Below, piece by piece: positions 35,075 through 38,272 of a DNA stretch of 38,272 bases (positions are counted from its first letter, which is position 1; the number at the start of each line of letters is the position of its first letter). The notes under the pieces are model-generated. The model was not told where the DNA came from and made no database searches. It saw only the letters and a program-made list of their open reading frames with translations. The DNA is from an uncultured Methanomassiliicoccales archaeon. Lineage in GTDB: Archaea > Thermoplasmatota > Thermoplasmata > Methanomassiliicoccales > Methanomethylophilaceae. The translations under genes and the position numbers were made by a program. The DNA is taken from positions 12,147 through 50,418 of the forward strand of contig CAZXIY010000001.1 in NCBI GenBank assembly GCA_964640935.1, written 5' to 3'.

Positions 35075-35090
35075 TATTCATATATGAATA
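35075..35090. promoter_or_regulatory. 16-nt perfect palindrome overlapping the predicted start of the HTH-CBS gene
   Basis: TATTCATATATGAATA is a perfect self-complement. It contains the ATG at 35084. Confidence 0.5.
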
Positions 35091-35668
35091 TCAATACATA
35101 CCTTATGAAATTCCCGCCGACATCGGACATAAGAAAAATGAGAAAAACCCTGGACATCACGCAGGCTCAGCTAGCCGCCGCGTCCGGCATCAGCCAAAGC
35201 ACGATAGCCAAAGTGGAGAGCGATTCCATCTCTGCAAGCTACGTCACGGTGGTGAAGCTGTTCGAGACCTTGGACGTCATGCACAAGGACGATCACAGCG
35301 ACCTCACGGCCGCGGACGTCGCATCCAAAGGCGTGGTAACGATACAAAGCAACGACACCGTTCACGGCGCATCGGATCTCATGAAATCCACCGGTTATTC
35401 TCAATTGCCGGTGTTCGAAGGTGAGATACCCGTCGGGAGCATCTCCGAGAGGATAATATTGGAACTTGTGAGGAAGGGCATGACGATGGACGAATTGTCC
35501 GCCAAACCGATCTACAAGGTCATGGGCGAATCCTTCCCGGTGATATCCGACATAACGCCGATAACCACTGTGACGTCCCTGATGTCAGATTACAGCGCGG
35601 TGCTTGTAGCAAAGAAAGGGAAGACCGTGGGCCTCATAACCAGCGCGGATATGCTCAAACTGATCTGA
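35084..35668 (+). CDS. XRE-type HTH plus CBS-pair transcriptional regulator
   Basis: The HTH is LDITQAQLAAASGISQSTIAKVE. Two CBS motifs follow (AADVASKGVVTIQSNDTV..., IYKVMGESFPVISDITP...). An alternative ATG lies at 35105. Confidence 0.8.
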   Translation: MNINTYLMKFPPTSDIRKMRKTLDITQAQLAAASGISQSTIAKVESDSISASYVTVVKLFETLDVMHKDDHSDLTAADVASKGVVTIQSNDTVHGASDLMKSTGYSQLPVFEGEIPVGSISERIILELVRKGMTMDELSAKPIYKVMGESFPVISDITPITTVTSLMSDYSAVLVAKKGKTVGLITSADMLKLI

Positions 35669-36566
35669 CGGATGAGTGCGTGACCTGGTAGAGCTGCAGA
35701 TCTGAAGGAACGACAGTATCCGGGAATATACTGACGGCCTCCCCCAGGGATACTGAGGCATCGTTGTAACGGTTGCTTATGTGCGTCAGGAAAAGCTCTC
35801 TGACGCCGCATTCCTTCGCAACCCCGGCAGCATCCGCAGACGTCGAATGCGAATGCATCTTTGCGAGTGAACCGTCCTTGGAAACATATGTCGCCTCATG
35901 GATGAGGACGTCGACGCCTCTTACGGCTTCGATCACGGATTCGCACGGTGCCGTGTCGCCGGTGTATGCCACAGAGCATCCAGGACGTCTTTTTCCCATG
36001 ACCTGGTCCGGCGTCACGCCGTTCACGGTCTCCCCGTTCTGCAGCTTCGCATAATCCGGTCCGGGTTTGATACCCAATGCCGCCGCGCGGTTCTTGTAAA
36101 AGAAACCGGGTCTGTCCTTCTCTCTCAGGACGAAACCAATCGACCCCGGCGTATGCTGTGTAGAAAAAGCGGTGACAGAGTATGATCCGGCCGCTACAGC
36201 ACCGCCGCCGACGAGTTCCGTGACCTCCAGCGGATAGTCAATCTCGCCTTCGCAGGCGTTCATTAGGGCCTCGATCGCGGTCCTTATTCCTTTCGGACCG
36301 TAAACTGATATAGGATTCTTCCTGCCGGACATCCCCATCGTCTGCAGAAGACCCGGAAGTCCGAGTATGTGATCGCCGTGCAGGTGGGTGATGAAAATAC
36401 GGTTCACTTTCATGAACGAGAATTGCGACACCATCAGCTGACGCTGCGACCCTTCGCCGCAGTCGAACAAAGTCACGTCGTTGCCGCATCTGACTGCGAC
36501 ACACGGCAGAGATCTGTCCCTCGATGGGACGGACGCGCCGGTACCAAGGAACAGGATCTCGAACAT
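35655..36566 (-). CDS. rnz: ribonuclease Z (tRNA 3' endonuclease)
   Basis: FLGTGASVPS, ITHLHGDHILGLPGLL (HxHxDH) and the metallo-beta-lactamase fold motifs are present. Length of ~300 aa fits the short-form RNase Z. Confidence 0.9.
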   Translation of the reverse strand: MFEILFLGTGASVPSRDRSLPCVAVRCGNDVTLFDCGEGSQRQLMVSQFSFMKVNRIFITHLHGDHILGLPGLLQTMGMSGRKNPISVYGPKGIRTAIEALMNACEGEIDYPLEVTELVGGGAVAAGSYSVTAFSTQHTPGSIGFVLREKDRPGFFYKNRAAALGIKPGPDYAKLQNGETVNGVTPDQVMGKRRPGCSVAYTGDTAPCESVIEAVRGVDVLIHEATYVSKDGSLAKMHSHSTSADAAGVAKECGVRELFLTHISNRYNDASVSLGEAVSIFPDTVVPSDLQLYQVTHSSVRSV

Positions 36567-36576
36567 CTCTGCAGTC

Positions 36577-36786
36577 TTACCCTAGATAGTCCGGGATGTC
36601 GTTCTTCGTTTCTTTCTTGAAAGCTCTGTAATGGTCTTTGCAGAGACGGACCTGTCTCGCATCGGCGTTCTTGAGCTTCAGCGAGGTCTCGCTGACCTTC
36701 TTGATGTTGAATGATCTCTCAGCGGGCTTATCGCAGCCCTCCACATCGCAGATCTCCTCTTTCGGAGCATGTGGTGATGGTGACAT
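36577..36786 (-). CDS. small CCCH-type putative zinc-binding protein (69 aa)
   Basis: CDVEGC...CKDH. Lies 10 nt upstream of rnz. A palindromic TTAATTAA TATA-like box lies 24-31 nt upstream of the ATG. Confidence 0.5.
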   Translation of the reverse strand: MSPSPHAPKEEICDVEGCDKPAERSFNIKKVSETSLKLKNADARQVRLCKDHYRAFKKETKNDIPDYLG

Positions 36787-36944
36787 ACTCCCACTGATTG
36801 TGGTCGCGCTTAATTAATTTGTTCTAAATAGCACGTCGAGACCGCGGTAACGCCGCCTGCTGGTCGGTCCGGGCAGGGCTCGGTATCCCCGCGGTGGGCA
36901 ATCATGTTTTTCTATGACCGCCGTGATAGCGTCCGGCGACAGAA

Positions 36945-37523
36945 ATGAGACCGATGCCGTACCTGCCGATGATAGGGGTCGCATTCTACGTTATCTGCTG
37001 GATAACGGCTGCGATGATGATGCCCGAATGGAGATTCATGCAGGTATGGCCGAGCACGCTCGGCACTGCGGCATCGCCCGGACAGCTGATATTCAACACG
37101 GGGATGGTCGTATCGGGCGCACTGATGGCCGTGTACGGTTATTCAATGCACACTGTGTCCGAGAACATCTGGCTCAGACTGTCATTCATCCTGGCGTCAG
37201 TCGGCGGGGCCCTGCTCATGGGCGTCGGGATATTCAACGACGACATCGCGTACATGCACGAACTGTTCACTATGTCGATGTTCACGATATCCATGATATC
37301 GATAATCTACCTCGGGGCATATTTCATAAGCACCGGAAGAAAGAATATCGCGGTCGTGCTTCTGCTGTCCGTATTCGCCGTCTGCATCAGCGGACCTCTG
37401 ATATCGAATCCCGCCTGGGATACCATCGGCACGATCTTCATAGACGTCTGGTCGTTCACCGTCAGCTTCGCCGCATGGAGATACCCGTTCTGGAAGAACG
37501 ATGGGGGAAGGTGCTCCTCATGA
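36945..37523 (+). CDS. DUF998-like integral membrane protein
   Basis: About six hydrophobic helices. STLGTAASPGQLIFNTGMVVSGALM resembles the DUF998 signature. Preferred over the Arg/His-rich overlapping frame 36914..37618. Confidence 0.65.
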   Translation: MRPMPYLPMIGVAFYVICWITAAMMMPEWRFMQVWPSTLGTAASPGQLIFNTGMVVSGALMAVYGYSMHTVSENIWLRLSFILASVGGALLMGVGIFNDDIAYMHELFTMSMFTISMISIIYLGAYFISTGRKNIAVVLLLSVFAVCISGPLISNPAWDTIGTIFIDVWSFTVSFAAWRYPFWKNDGGRCSS

Positions 37524-37618
37524 ACGATCTGGATATATTCTCGGCGTGCGTCGTACTGATCACGATAGCATCGGTGATAGTATTCTCATATGCCTACTAC
37601 AAACGCAGAACTAGATAG
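37520..37618 (+). CDS. candidate 32-aa single-TM micro-protein
   Basis: Translates as MNDLDIFSACVVLITIASVIVFSYAYYKRRTR. The ATG overlaps the upstream TGA (ATGA). Hydrophobic core with a basic tail. TAG stop. Confidence 0.3.
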   Translation: MNDLDIFSACVVLITIASVIVFSYAYYKRRTR

Positions 37619-37657
37619 AATTATTATATGCTCGCATCTGATTAACGCCCCGTAATC

Positions 37658-38260
37658 ATGAAGAAAAGACCATACATGGCGGCCGTCGGATCTATGATGT
37701 TCGTGGTCTGCTGGTTCATCGCATCCAAACTCGATGCCGGATGGGTATTCCTGAAGGATTTCCCGTGCATGCTCGGGACCTCGATATCCCCCGGAAGATT
37801 TGCTTTCAATCTCGGATTAGTGTCATTCGGCTCAGGTCTTATGATGGCGGGAGCGACGATGCACAATGCATCGAAGGAACTCGCGATCAGACTCCATTTC
37901 CTTTTCGTGGCGATAAGCGGAGCATTCGCATTCATGATGGCGTTCATAAACGACGATGTGGCGATATGGCACGAGGTCGTTACAATGCTGGCGTTCGTCT
38001 TCGGCATCGCATCCATAGGCGTTCTCGGAATTCATTTCTTCATGACCGGCCAGACGGCGAAAGGAGCGATAACGGCAATCTGCATCGGAGCTACGACCCT
38101 CGCATCGCTGGGAGCCAGCACCGCCGCAGGTGATACGTTCGGAACGATCGGCCTGGTGATCATAGCGACGTCTATCGGCCTGATATCCGTGTTCAATGAA
38201 TATTGGCTTCCGGCCGCATCTGACGATATCGTTCTCGGGGACACCCCGAAACCTGCTTGA
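37658..38260 (+). CDS. DUF998-like integral membrane protein (paralog of 36945..37523)
   Basis: Same architecture as the upstream gene, with shared motifs (MLGTSISPGRFAFNLGLVSFGSGLM; FINDDVAIWHE versus FNDDIAYMHE). Confidence 0.65.
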   Translation: MKKRPYMAAVGSMMFVVCWFIASKLDAGWVFLKDFPCMLGTSISPGRFAFNLGLVSFGSGLMMAGATMHNASKELAIRLHFLFVAISGAFAFMMAFINDDVAIWHEVVTMLAFVFGIASIGVLGIHFFMTGQTAKGAITAICIGATTLASLGASTAAGDTFGTIGLVIIATSIGLISVFNEYWLPAASDDIVLGDTPKPA

Positions 38261-38272
38261 GTCACGGTTTGT

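Noticed and set aside
36914-37618. 234-aa + strand ORF overlapping the first DUF998 gene in another frame
   Set aside because: Its product is Arg/His/Asp-rich and non-globular. The alternative frame (36945..37523) gives a coherent multi-helix membrane protein with a paralog downstream. Only the last 32 codons of this frame (37520..37618) are kept as a tentative micro-ORF.
1-38272. CRISPR arrays, rRNA genes, long dispersed or tandem repeats
   Set aside because: Visual scanning found no regularly spaced repeats of 24-40 nt and no rRNA-like sequence. The only repeats seen are short intergenic motifs, reported individually. A computational repeat search would be needed for certainty.

Overview
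This 38 kb window looks like an archaeal chromosomal segment. The evidence is ribosomal protein L40e, an archaeal-type SAM synthetase, an archaeal/eukaryotic-type GlyRS, archaeal-type ValRS, TATA boxes about 20-30 nt upstream of many ATGs, and a tRNA without an encoded CCA. The gene content and roughly mid-50s % GC fit a Thermoplasmatota/Methanomassiliicoccales-like organism, but that placement is inference only. I call about 41 CDS and one tRNA-Gly(GCC). Coding density is high, and many operons have 1-4 nt start/stop overlaps. I saw no rRNA, CRISPR array, transposase or integrase. Most genes are housekeeping: glyS, valS, a DEAD-box helicase, rarA, pncB, hypA/hypD, nth, folC, topA, eno, rpl40e, mat and rnz. 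The regions most worth a second look are listed here. (1) A 4xCBS protein with a C-terminal HPF/RaiA-like module sits between two aaRS genes. (2) A compact DNA-damage cluster combines a DUF45 zincin, a YqaJ-like nuclease, DUF1848 with a C-terminal CX3CX2C, and an AlkD-like protein. (3) A metal-handling theme includes a NikR-like regulator lacking the canonical Ni ligands next to a Cys-rich DUF2284-like protein, and a split COG0523 GTPase operon. (4) The SAM synthetase is flanked by a co-transcribed wHTH protein and a divergent HTH-CBS regulator, with a palindrome-rich 79 bp control region. (5) A ~450 bp AT-rich spacer carries tandem TATA-like repeats and a candidate 31-aa hydrophobic ORF. All functional calls rest on motif recognition by eye; no database search was run.
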